Shown: in pieces, positions 8,921 through 16,505 of the stretch
Numbering within the stretch: position 1 is the stretch's first letter
Layout of the letters: each line of letters begins with the position of its first letter
Origin: Deltaproteobacteria bacterium
GTDB lineage: Bacteria; Desulfobacterota; Binatia; Bin18
Direction: 5' to 3'
Assembly: GCA_013140885.1 (NCBI GenBank)
Contig: JABFSC010000304.1
Span: 1 to 32,037 of the forward strand
DNA: 32,037 nucleotides
Translations under genes and position numbers: made by a program
The notes under the pieces: model-generated
The model's database searches: none
What the model saw: only the letters and a program-made list of their open reading frames with translations
Told to the model about the DNA's origin: nothing

Positions 8921-9044
8921 GGCTACGCCCTCCTTCTCGTCAAAGTATGAGATTTTGTAGCCGCATACCTATCAGAAGAGCGGCGGGCTGTCTTGGGGTG
9001 CGGCGGGCGGCAGTGAACAAGTTGCGCGTTTCGGGTTCCAAGTT

Positions 9045-9272
9045 CCCTCTCTCCCAGCTGGGCAATGGCATTAAGTTAAGGAAGCCCCCACCACCTCGCG
9101 CTGGGGACTGAACTCCCTGTCTCCCCTCACGGCCTCGCTCTGCGAGGCCAAACATGCCGCGGAGCAGCATTTGAGAGTAGCCGGGGGTTTCACCCCCCGG
9201 TGTGTTGCGAGCAGCGCCTTTCGGCTTAACTTAATGCCATTGCCCGGCTGGGAGAGGGCTGGGGTGAGGGGG
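9045..9272. repeat. CCCTCTCCC/GGGAGAGGG-type REP-like palindrome interrupted by the MITE
   Basis: Removing the element and one target copy restores CCCTCTCTCCCAGCTGGGAGAGGGCTGGGGTGAGGGGG. Confidence 0.65.
9063..9242. mobile_element. 180-bp non-autonomous element (MITE) with IS4-like termini
   Basis: Perfect 18-bp TIRs CAATGGCATTAAGTTAAG (9063-9080) and CTTAACTTAATGCCATTG (9225-9242); flanking 10-bp direct repeats CCCAGCTGGG (9053-9062) and CCCGGCTGGG (9243-9252); no transposase. Confidence 0.85.
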
Positions 9273-9291
9273 ATCAAGTGATCTTGCCATA

Positions 9292-10095
9292 CTAATGCAC
9301 AACCGGAGGCATGGGTTCCGCCGCGTCTTGTCGCCCTTGGCGGAGTAGTTTTTCGCGGTACGTTTGCCCACGCTCATAGCCACGCCGGAAGGCTTCTTCT
9401 TGGTACACCGCGCGCTCTTGTTCATGTATGAAGGTAATCGCCTCTTCACACGAAAGTTCAGCCATGCGCGAGTCGAGCGCGGCATCAAACCCCCGCAGGT
9501 ACTCGACTTCGGTGGCGGTCACGCCTTCGTGGAGCATGCCCAGCGCCGCGGCTTTATCATCTTGCAGGCGGTGCCACCAATGGCCACGCGCGTCTTCAAC
9601 TCCTTCCACTCCCAGATCGGCGAATATCTGTTGCGCGGTCGCGATTTTCGCCCCGTCACCAGGAAACACCAGCAGGACATCGCCACCGTGTCTGACGGCA
9701 TCCTCGTAGACGAGGAGGTCTTCATACGACAACGCGGGGTCAAACGTCTTCTGCACGGCATCGCCAGCGGCGGCGCCAACGCCAACTCCCGCTAGGCTCG
9801 CGAGCGCGATGGTTCCCATCGTCACGAACAAACTCCCTTCGGCCATCAGCCATATCGCCACGGCTCCAGCGAGCGCGCCACCCGCGAACCCGCTGATCGC
9901 GCCAACGATATGACCAGCCGTGATGCCGCAGGACCCATGCGGATGCGGCACCGGAAGCCGGCCCGCATGCAAGCCAGTGATCGAGTGTGGGGTGAGCAAG
10001 AGCAGATGATCGTCCGTGAAGCCAGCCATACGAAGCTGAGTCACCGCCGTCGCCGCGGTCGCCGATGAACGGAAAATTCCGATAAGCGTTCTCAT
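9292..10095 (-). CDS. Hypothetical membrane protein with glycine zipper (general-stress-protein-like)
   Basis: IGIF..A..AV..L..AGF N-terminus, Gly/Ala-rich hydrophobic hairpin, YEDAVRHGGDVLLV; GGAGG before ATG 10095. Confidence 0.75.
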   Translation of the reverse strand: MRTLIGIFRSSATAATAVTQLRMAGFTDDHLLLLTPHSITGLHAGRLPVPHPHGSCGITAGHIVGAISGFAGGALAGAVAIWLMAEGSLFVTMGTIALASLAGVGVGAAAGDAVQKTFDPALSYEDLLVYEDAVRHGGDVLLVFPGDGAKIATAQQIFADLGVEGVEDARGHWWHRLQDDKAAALGMLHEGVTATEVEYLRGFDAALDSRMAELSCEEAITFIHEQERAVYQEEAFRRGYERGQTYREKLLRQGRQDAAEPMPPVVH

Positions 10096-10359
10096 CGTAG
10101 CCTCCAATCTGTAATCCGAAGGAATCCAAAAGCAGAACAGGCGGTCTGTCCGGACAAACCACCTGTTCTGGGCGCGGGCAGCGCCATGACTTTATCGTGA
10201 AGGGCCAGGCATCCCGCTGACCGATGGGAGGAACGGTGCTGCTCCCCAAGACCGCTCGCGATGAGAACTCTTCTCAGCCGAGGCTAGACCGGAAGCGCCA
10301 CCCTAAACCCGTTGCGCTATGGCAACATGTGCTTTCCCAGCATTGAGGTTAGGCGCGGT

Positions 10360-10455
10360 CTATGCGGCGGTGGAGTGAGCGTGGAACTCACCTGATGGAG
10401 ACAACATCATCCATCGGAGCGGGCCACGGGGGCCCGGAGGCGTAAGATCTTCCAT
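10360..10455 (-). CDS. Possible 31-aa leader/small peptide MEDLTPPGPRGPLRWMMLSPSGEFHAHSTAA
   Basis: GAGGTG RBS just upstream of ATG 10455, TAG at 10360; no recognisable family. Confidence 0.3.
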   Translation of the reverse strand: MEDLTPPGPRGPLRWMMLSPSGEFHAHSTAA

Positions 10456-10545
10456 ACGACACCTCGTTGGGTTAAACCAGTTGCGCGAGACCCGCGCGGT
10501 GGTCTCGCCCCTTCAACACTCGCCTCTTCCGAGAGGCATAGTGCC

Positions 10546-10575
10546 GCTCTACACCCGTCGTCCCCACTTTGTCAA
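10546..10575 (-). promoter_or_regulatory. Possible sigma70 promoter
   Basis: Minus strand TTGACA (10575-10570), 18 nt, TAGAGC (10551-10546); perfect -35, weak -10. Confidence 0.4.
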
Positions 10576-10658
10576 GTCAGGACATTATCTTCGGGGAAAA
10601 AAAGAAAAATCACCACTAGTCATACGACTCCCAGATACTCCGACCGGAGAGCGCCTAC

Positions 10659-11531
10659 CTATTGACGTGGAGCCAACGCGGCGACAGCACGTTCGTCCGG
10701 CACCATTCCTCCCTCAGGATGGAGTGGCAGGATGCACACGTGCGACGCCCCAGCTTTGGTGTACGCGGCGATACGATCACGGATCGTCGTTTCACTGCCC
10801 CAGGCGATAAGCGCATCAACCAAGCGGTCACTCCCACCGTTGACGAAATCCTCATCACCAAAGGCGATTTCACGCAGCCTTTTGACGTAGTGGTCAACTG
10901 ACAAATACACCTGCATATAGCGACGGGCCGCCGCTCGTGCTTTGGCGGCATCAGACTCTAAGATCACTCCAAGTTCCGCACAGAGCCACGGCTTTGGTCC
11001 TATCGCAGTACGTATCCGCGCAATCTGTTCTCTTGTTGTGAAATACGTATGCGTCCCGTGCGTTGCGGTCGCCGCCAGTTGCAGCATTTTCGGCATCATT
11101 CCAGCCAATACGATCGGCGGTTCGTGTTGCGGAGCAGGCGCGGCATACGGCGCAGCTCGCATTTTTTCCAAGTACGCGCGCATGAACGTGTACGGTTTGT
11201 CATACGGAATACCACGACGAGTATTGCCACGGCTGTTACTCACCCCAAGTCCGAGAAGAAAGCGGGCATCAAACAACTCCCCTAACGTCCGGGAAGCATT
11301 CATGGTGGCAATCGGCTCGTAGGCATACACCACCGCAATGCCCGTCGCGACCACAAGACGTTCAGTTTGACTGAGCAAATAAGAGGCAAAAGAAAAACTC
11401 TCGCGTCCGGTGGTTTCAGCAAACCACAGCGCACCATAGCCCCACCGTTCGACCTTACGGACAAACGCTCCAGTTTGCGCACCGGTCAGTCCGTCCAGGA
11501 AACAAAACACACCAAGTGCATTCAAGTCCAT
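10659..11531 (-). CDS. Luciferase-like monooxygenase superfamily oxidoreductase, probably F420-dependent (MSMEG_4141-like)
   Basis: GYGALWFAE, LVVATGIA, RFLLGLGVS, GGSDRLVDALIAWG, AGASHVCI patterns. Confidence 0.85.
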   Translation of the reverse strand: MDLNALGVFCFLDGLTGAQTGAFVRKVERWGYGALWFAETTGRESFSFASYLLSQTERLVVATGIAVVYAYEPIATMNASRTLGELFDARFLLGLGVSNSRGNTRRGIPYDKPYTFMRAYLEKMRAAPYAAPAPQHEPPIVLAGMMPKMLQLAATATHGTHTYFTTREQIARIRTAIGPKPWLCAELGVILESDAAKARAAARRYMQVYLSVDHYVKRLREIAFGDEDFVNGGSDRLVDALIAWGSETTIRDRIAAYTKAGASHVCILPLHPEGGMVPDERAVAALAPRQ

Positions 11532-11553
11532 ATCACCCCTCTCCCATTTTCCA

Positions 11554-12204
11554 TCAAAATGAAAAATCCTGATTTCCCCACTGGTCGAAATGCGTCACTT
11601 CGGCAACAGGTCGGCGTGAGATTGAACCAAATTTGCCTTGTGGATAACCCATAGGAATGAGGACCACCACACCATACTCCTCTGGAATCGCGAACCGTTG
11701 ATGCAACTCCTCCTCGAAAAACTGGTGCATGGTGGTCAGCGTCGCGCCAAGTCCGAGTCCACGACAGGCCAGTAGGATATTCTGCACGCAGGGATAAATG
11801 GATCCAAAGGACGGAGGCGCCTTCCCTTCGCGTTTGTCTTTCGGAACCACGGCTGGCCAGTCGCGACGGCCACACACGAGTAGGAGGACTGGCACTTCAT
11901 GCAGATGTTCAGCGAGATGCACAGCCGCGCGCCTCATGCGTGCCTGTGGGGACCGATCTCCCGGTTTTGGCTGCACGAGGCCAAAGCGGTGGAGCATCGC
12001 TTGATGATAGTGCTCTTGGAGAAATCGCTTGCCGTCCGGCTCTTGGACCACAACAAATGCCCACGGTTGCGTGTTCTGTCCGCTAGGGGCTTTGGTGCCT
12101 GCTTCAAGCACTTGGCGAAGTACAGCACGTGGGATGGGGTCTGGCTTGAGTCGTCGCATCGACCGCAGCGTGTGGATCACTTCAAAGAGTCCAATCTCAC
12201 TCAT
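11554..12204 (-). CDS. Nitroreductase family protein
   Basis: LRSMRRLKPDPI, APSGQNTQPWAFVVV, QNILLACRGLGLG, IPMGYP; AAGGAG before ATG 12204. Confidence 0.92.
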   Translation of the reverse strand: MSEIGLFEVIHTLRSMRRLKPDPIPRAVLRQVLEAGTKAPSGQNTQPWAFVVVQEPDGKRFLQEHYHQAMLHRFGLVQPKPGDRSPQARMRRAAVHLAEHLHEVPVLLLVCGRRDWPAVVPKDKREGKAPPSFGSIYPCVQNILLACRGLGLGATLTTMHQFFEEELHQRFAIPEEYGVVVLIPMGYPQGKFGSISRRPVAEVTHFDQWGNQDFSF

Positions 12205-12375
12205 TGTTGTCTCCTTCATGCCCCTTTAGCCTTTCCCCCAACATGCTACACGATACATTCACATTGCGGGAGGCTCATGCAGGCAGTGTTCAGGCTGCAG
12301 GATCGAGGCTCTTCACAGACCAGTGTTCTCGTTGTGCTCATCGTGAAAAAGACGGCGCTCGCAGACCACGGAGAT

Positions 12376-12915
12376 TTACAAATGGAGGAGACTCGCTGCT
12401 GCCCCCCAATCTTCTGCTACCAAGGCCCACCGCTCATGGTCGCACCACTCGCCTTGGACCTGGAGATAGCGCCGCGAAAATCCCTCCTGGACAAAACCAC
12501 ATCGTTTGACCAAGGCAAGGGACGCACGATTGCCAGGTTGGATATTGGCTTCGACCCGATGCAACAGCAGTTCTCGAAACGCATAGGTTAATATCAGCTC
12601 CATTCCTTCCCGCATCAACCCTTGCCCAGCAAACGGAGCAAACGCGTAGTAGCCCAGAAACGCATTCTGAAAGGCCCCACGAATAATGTTGTTGAGGTTG
12701 ATGACACCCACGAGATCACCGGTCTGGCGGAGGCAAATGAGGCGGCCATCATTGTCCTCTCTGGCGAGGCGTTGCAGATACGCCGCGAATGCGACTGGCG
12801 AGTCCGGTGCCACAATCCAGGGGTGGTGAAGCGTGCGACTCGCCCGTACAGCCATGAGAAACGACTCACAGTCTTCAGCAGTCGGAAGACGAAGAGTCAC
12901 ATGTTGTGGTGTCAC
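12376..12915 (-). CDS. RimJ/RimL-type GNAT N-acetyltransferase
   Basis: GAFQNAFLGY, GQGLMREG, LHRVEANIQPGNRASLALVKRCGF, WCDHERWAL. Confidence 0.9.
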   Translation of the reverse strand: MTPQHVTLRLPTAEDCESFLMAVRASRTLHHPWIVAPDSPVAFAAYLQRLAREDNDGRLICLRQTGDLVGVINLNNIIRGAFQNAFLGYYAFAPFAGQGLMREGMELILTYAFRELLLHRVEANIQPGNRASLALVKRCGFVQEGFSRRYLQVQGEWCDHERWALVAEDWGAAASLLHL

Positions 12916-12937
12916 GACTTATCTCCTCCCATCTCTC

Positions 12938-13468
12938 TCACACGGTCCTTGTGGCAAGCTCCCGAATATCACTCCAGCCATACGCAACTTCCGTGAGTCG
13001 TGCTGATCCAATCGTGACCTCTTGCTCAGTCACATATTGTCCGCCCAACGCTTCGTAAAAGGCGCGGGACGGATTATCGGCCAACACCCAGACTAGCATT
13101 GACGACAGGCCATGCTGGAGCAAGCCGGTGACCACAGCCTGCGTTAATTGGCGGCCCAGTCCGTGGCGTTGATACGCCGCGAGCAGGTAGATCGCATAGA
13201 GTTCGCCGGCGTGGCGCGGATTGCCAGTCCGCTCCGGCCCACTGTGAGCAAAGCCAACAACTTCTTTTGCCGGAGTCTCTGCCACATACATGGTCGCTGC
13301 ATCACCCAAGATGGAGATATGGTGTTCCCACACTCGCCCTTGTTGCTCATACGAAAGGTTTGCCAGATAGTCGGCAGGGACGATCCCAGCGTAGGTCGTA
13401 CGCCAACTGTCCACCTTGACCCGGGCGATGGCAAGCGCGTCATCGGAGTGTGCTGCTCGGATTATCAT
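12938..13468 (-). CDS. GNAT family N-acetyltransferase
   Basis: SWRTTYAGIVP, ELYAIYLL..YQRHGLGRQL, VWVLADNPSRAFYEALGG. Confidence 0.9.
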   Translation of the reverse strand: MIIRAAHSDDALAIARVKVDSWRTTYAGIVPADYLANLSYEQQGRVWEHHISILGDAATMYVAETPAKEVVGFAHSGPERTGNPRHAGELYAIYLLAAYQRHGLGRQLTQAVVTGLLQHGLSSMLVWVLADNPSRAFYEALGGQYVTEQEVTIGSARLTEVAYGWSDIRELATRTV

Positions 13469-13559
13469 GTGGGACTCTCTGGTAGGCAACGCACGACACA
13501 AGACGGGGCAGCGCTCGGCAGGCGAGATGCCGAGCACGGAGTCAAATCCCTGTCAGCCG

Positions 13560-14282
13560 CTAAAACTTCTCCTTAAACGGACGCACATCGAGTTCCTGTG
13601 TCCACGCACTGGGGTCTTGGTGGGCGAGATGCCAATAGGTTTCGGCAATCGCTGAGGGCTTGAGCATGTCTTCTTCCTTGAGCTGTGGGAACCGTTCGCG
13701 GATCACGGGCATGTCGATTGCCCCATCGACATTGATGTACGCCACATGGACGCCTTGGGGGCCAAGGTCACGCGCGAGCACTTGCGCAAGTCCGCGCAAG
13801 GCAAATTTTGCCGGGCCGAATGCCGCCGAAGAAGGAAACGGTTTGACGCCCGCCGTCGCTCCCGTCAAAAGAATGCTTCCCTTCCCTTTGGCGAGCATGT
13901 CTGGCACGACCTGTTGCGCGCATAAAAACGCCGCCATCATGCTTACGCGCCACGTATTCTCAAACGTGCTCGGTTTGGTTTCCATTAACCGCCCGACTGG
14001 GCGCATGGCAGCATTAAAGAGCAAGACATCTGGTGCACCCAGTTCACGGCGGACACGCTCGAATGCCGCACGAATCTGTTCCTCCTGAGAGACATCGGTC
14101 GAAACGCCCAAGGCACGGCCCCCAGCCGTTTCAATTTCCTTGACGAGAGTATTGAGATAGGATTCGCGCCGTGCGAGCACGGCAACGGTGTAACCAACCG
14201 CGAAGCGACGGGCTAACGCCGCACCAAGTCCTGGCCCAACGCCAACGACAACAGCAACAGGGTGTGAGGGTGATTGGCTCAT
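13560..14282 (-). CDS. Short-chain dehydrogenase/reductase (atypical FxxxK active site)
   Basis: VGVGPGLG, FNAA, TGATA, AFGPAKFALRGLAQ, AWTQELDVRP. Confidence 0.92.
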   Translation of the reverse strand: MSQSPSHPVAVVVGVGPGLGAALARRFAVGYTVAVLARRESYLNTLVKEIETAGGRALGVSTDVSQEEQIRAAFERVRRELGAPDVLLFNAAMRPVGRLMETKPSTFENTWRVSMMAAFLCAQQVVPDMLAKGKGSILLTGATAGVKPFPSSAAFGPAKFALRGLAQVLARDLGPQGVHVAYINVDGAIDMPVIRERFPQLKEEDMLKPSAIAETYWHLAHQDPSAWTQELDVRPFKEKF

Positions 14283-14350
14283 ACGTGGAATCCTCCTTCC
14301 TCGTTATCCATTCGCATAGATCATTGCACGATGATTCCTGTCAAATCGTA

Positions 14351-14490
14351 AGCGTTCAGTCGTCAGCCTTTCGCTTTCAGCAGAAACAAGCGGATACTTA
14401 CGCTAATCTCTCTATCCCGTTTTTGTGGTTGGGTAAAATCTTCAGTGTTTTCTTGTCTGGCTGACAACTGAAAGCTGATCGCTAAACGCT
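14351..14490. repeat. Degenerate heptamer tandem repeats in inverted orientation
   Basis: 14351-14381 AGCGTTC AGTCGTC AGCCTTT CGCTTTC AGC; reverse complement of 14460-14490 AGCGTTT AGCGATC AGCTTTC AGTTGTC AGC. Confidence 0.6.
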
Positions 14491-14494
14491 CACC

Positions 14495-15166
14495 TCAGCT
14501 CTTCGCGAGCGTCCGTAAACACTGGACAATCGCTTCCGGTTCTAACCGATGCGTGTAGTCCGCATCGACGAACGCGAGCGCGATCGTGCCATCTTTCGCG
14601 ACAACGAAGGTACCGGGCATTGGTAGCTCCCAGGACTCGGTTCCGTTATAGGCTGGCAGGTCAGCGCCAATGTTCTTGTAGATTGGCCGTAAAACTTCCG
14701 CCACGGGAAAGACAAGCCCAAACTGTCGAGCAACGGACTGCCCAACATCACTGAGCACCTCGAATTGGACTTCGTCTTTTTCCGCCGTCATAAGGGATTT
14801 GTCGGGAAGCTGCGGTGAGATCGCGATGACCGTGCCGCCGCATGATTGGATTTCCGTGAGTCGATTCTGGTATGCCCGCAACTGCAGGTTGCAGTAGGGT
14901 CACCAGCCGCCACGATAGAAGGTGAGCACCGCGGGTCCTTTGCGCAGGACCTCGGAGAATCGTACCTGTTCGCCACGCACGTTCGGCAAGCTGAAGTCGG
15001 GAGCCTTACTGCCTTCGTGCAATGCGCGCTCGGCGATGCCGGAACGCACTAAATCGGTCGTGGTTTGGGCGAAGGTGTCGAGGATCGGTTGAGGAATCTT
15101 CGGCAACATCTCTTCTTGGAACACCCGGATTTGTTTCTGGAGTTCGGTACTGAGGTTTCCACTCAT
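14495..15166 (-). CDS. Peroxiredoxin-like AhpC/TSA family protein, probable selenoprotein (UxxC, Sec at codon 89)
   Basis: One frame: APDFSLPN..GPAVLTFYRGGW-TGA-PYCNLQLRAYQ..IAISPQ..LSD..ELPMPGTFVV..DYTHRLEP; TGA at 14900-14902; AAAGGAG RBS. Confidence 0.85.
14875..14899 (-). promoter_or_regulatory. Candidate SECIS-like stem-loop directly 3' of the in-frame UGA
   Basis: UGA-CCCUA-CUGCAAC-CUGCA-GUUGCGG-G: 7-bp stem with one GU pair; fit to the bacterial SECIS consensus is not verified. Confidence 0.45.
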
Positions 15167-15258
15167 GTCGTTCATCTCCTTTGTCGCTATACGTGAGGTC
15201 GCGGTCAGAGCTACCGCGCTACGCGTATTGAAGCAACTACCGTGGAGATTGCATGGGA

Positions 15259-15287
15259 GTCGAGACGCTCCAGCGGAGCGTCTCGAC
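15259..15287. terminator. Perfect 13-bp hairpin after the oxidase operon (terminator or stabiliser candidate)
   Basis: GTCGAGACGCTCC-AGC-GGAGCGTCTCGAC; no clear U-tract. Confidence 0.5.
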
Positions 15288-15342
15288 AAGGAATCCGACA
15301 AGGACAAGAGATGAACGGAAGGAGGACTTGGACGAAAAGGAA

Positions 15343-15805
15343 TTAGTGGTGAGTCGCGGGCGGTGGCGTGTGGCGTTGCTGGCGTATGAGCGCTGGGCGC
15401 TTCATGCGAACCTACTGAGGCGGCATCTCCACTGGTATGCGCAGACCCGTGAGCGGGAGCCGGGGGCACGATATCTTTCGGCAGTGTCGCCCAGCCTTTT
15501 GGTCCGGGATTATGCCGGCGAGTTTCCGTGTCTTGCAAGGTAAACGCGAGCAAAATCGCCAACCAAATAAACCCAGCGGCGGCGAACAATTTCGTCAGCT
15601 TGCTCTCGTACTTCACGTGCATGAAGAACAACACCACCAACGTTGTCTTAATCCCAGCAATACCCAGTGCAATAATATTATTAAAGATACCGAAATCTTG
15701 AAACGCGACAGCGACGGTTATCGCAGTCAGAACCATCAACGCCCCGAAGATTTTATAGTACAGCGCAATCGGGGGATGATGGGCGTGTTCGTGGGTGTGT
15801 TCCAT
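15343..15805 (-). CDS. ctaF: caa3-type cytochrome c oxidase subunit IV; 3' end apparently frameshifted
   Basis: YYKIFGALMVLTAITV..IALGIAGIKTTLVVLFFMHVKY; no in-frame stop until 14900, but a shifted frame ends PPPATHH-TAA at 15343. Confidence 0.85.
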
Positions 15806-15827
15806 AGAGGTAATCCGTCTCGTCTTT

Positions 15828-16505
15828 CTAATGACGGCCAATGAGATACAGCAAGGGAAACAGGAAAATCCACACAATATCGACGAAGTGCCAGTAGAGG
15901 CCGAACATCTCAATCGGTGAGTAGTAGTCTTTCGAGAATCGACCACGGATAGCCATGATGATGAGTGGCGTAATAATCCCCGCGCCGATAATCATGTGTA
16001 GCGCGTGCATGCCGGTCATCACGAAATAGAAGCTGTAGAAGATTTGGCTGGGGTTCGCCAGCGGTCCACCATCCGGCCATTGGAAATTATATCCAGGAAC
16101 AAGATGGTGGTCGAATTTTTCCTTGTATTCGATGACCTTCACACCAAGGAACACACAGCCAAGAAAAAGCGTCGCCAGCAGATAGCCTATCAACGGTCGC
16201 TGTTTACTATTCTGCGCGGCGTTGACCGCGAGTGCCATTGTCAGACTGCTCGCGATGAGGACAATGGTATTGAAGCCCCCAAGGGTGATGTCGAGATGAT
16301 GGCTCCCCGCGATAAAAGCTTCAGGGTAATAGGCGCGGTAAACCGTATATCCAGTAAACAACCCACCAAAAAAGAGCACTTCCTGCACCAGGAAGGCCCA
16401 CATTCCCATGGTAACGGCATCCTTTTGCTGCGCCCGATCATTGAACTGATGGGCAACAAAAGGATCGTGGTGAGCAGCGGCTGTCGATGCGTGTGCGTCA
16501 GACAC
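15828..16505 (-). CDS. ctaE: Cytochrome c oxidase subunit III
   Basis: [53 protein letters not shown]; GTG start overlaps the ctaD stop. Confidence 0.95.
   Translation of the reverse strand: MSDAHASTAAAHHDPFVAHQFNDRAQQKDAVTMGMWAFLVQEVLFFGGLFTGYTVYRAYYPEAFIAGSHHLDITLGGFNTIVLIASSLTMALAVNAAQNSKQRPLIGYLLATLFLGCVFLGVKVIEYKEKFDHHLVPGYNFQWPDGGPLANPSQIFYSFYFVMTGMHALHMIIGAGIITPLIIMAIRGRFSKDYYSPIEMFGLYWHFVDIVWIFLFPLLYLIGRH

Noticed and set aside
10280-10345. c-di-GMP-I riboswitch, suggested by CTTCCGGTCTA and GGAAA on the minus strand
   Set aside because: The GCAAA elements and paired GNRA/receptor layout are not identifiable.
14310-14344. TTGACA on the minus strand upstream of the SDR gene
   Set aside because: No acceptable -10 element at 16-18 nt spacing.
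14495-14881. 128-aa ORF as an independent gene or pseudogene half
   Set aside because: It lacks the active site and is better explained as the part after a recoded UGA.
14900-15946. 348-aa ORF taken as one protein starting at 15946
   Set aside because: The 5' part overlaps ctaE; it is a composite of ctaF, probable intergenic DNA and the Prx N-terminal half.
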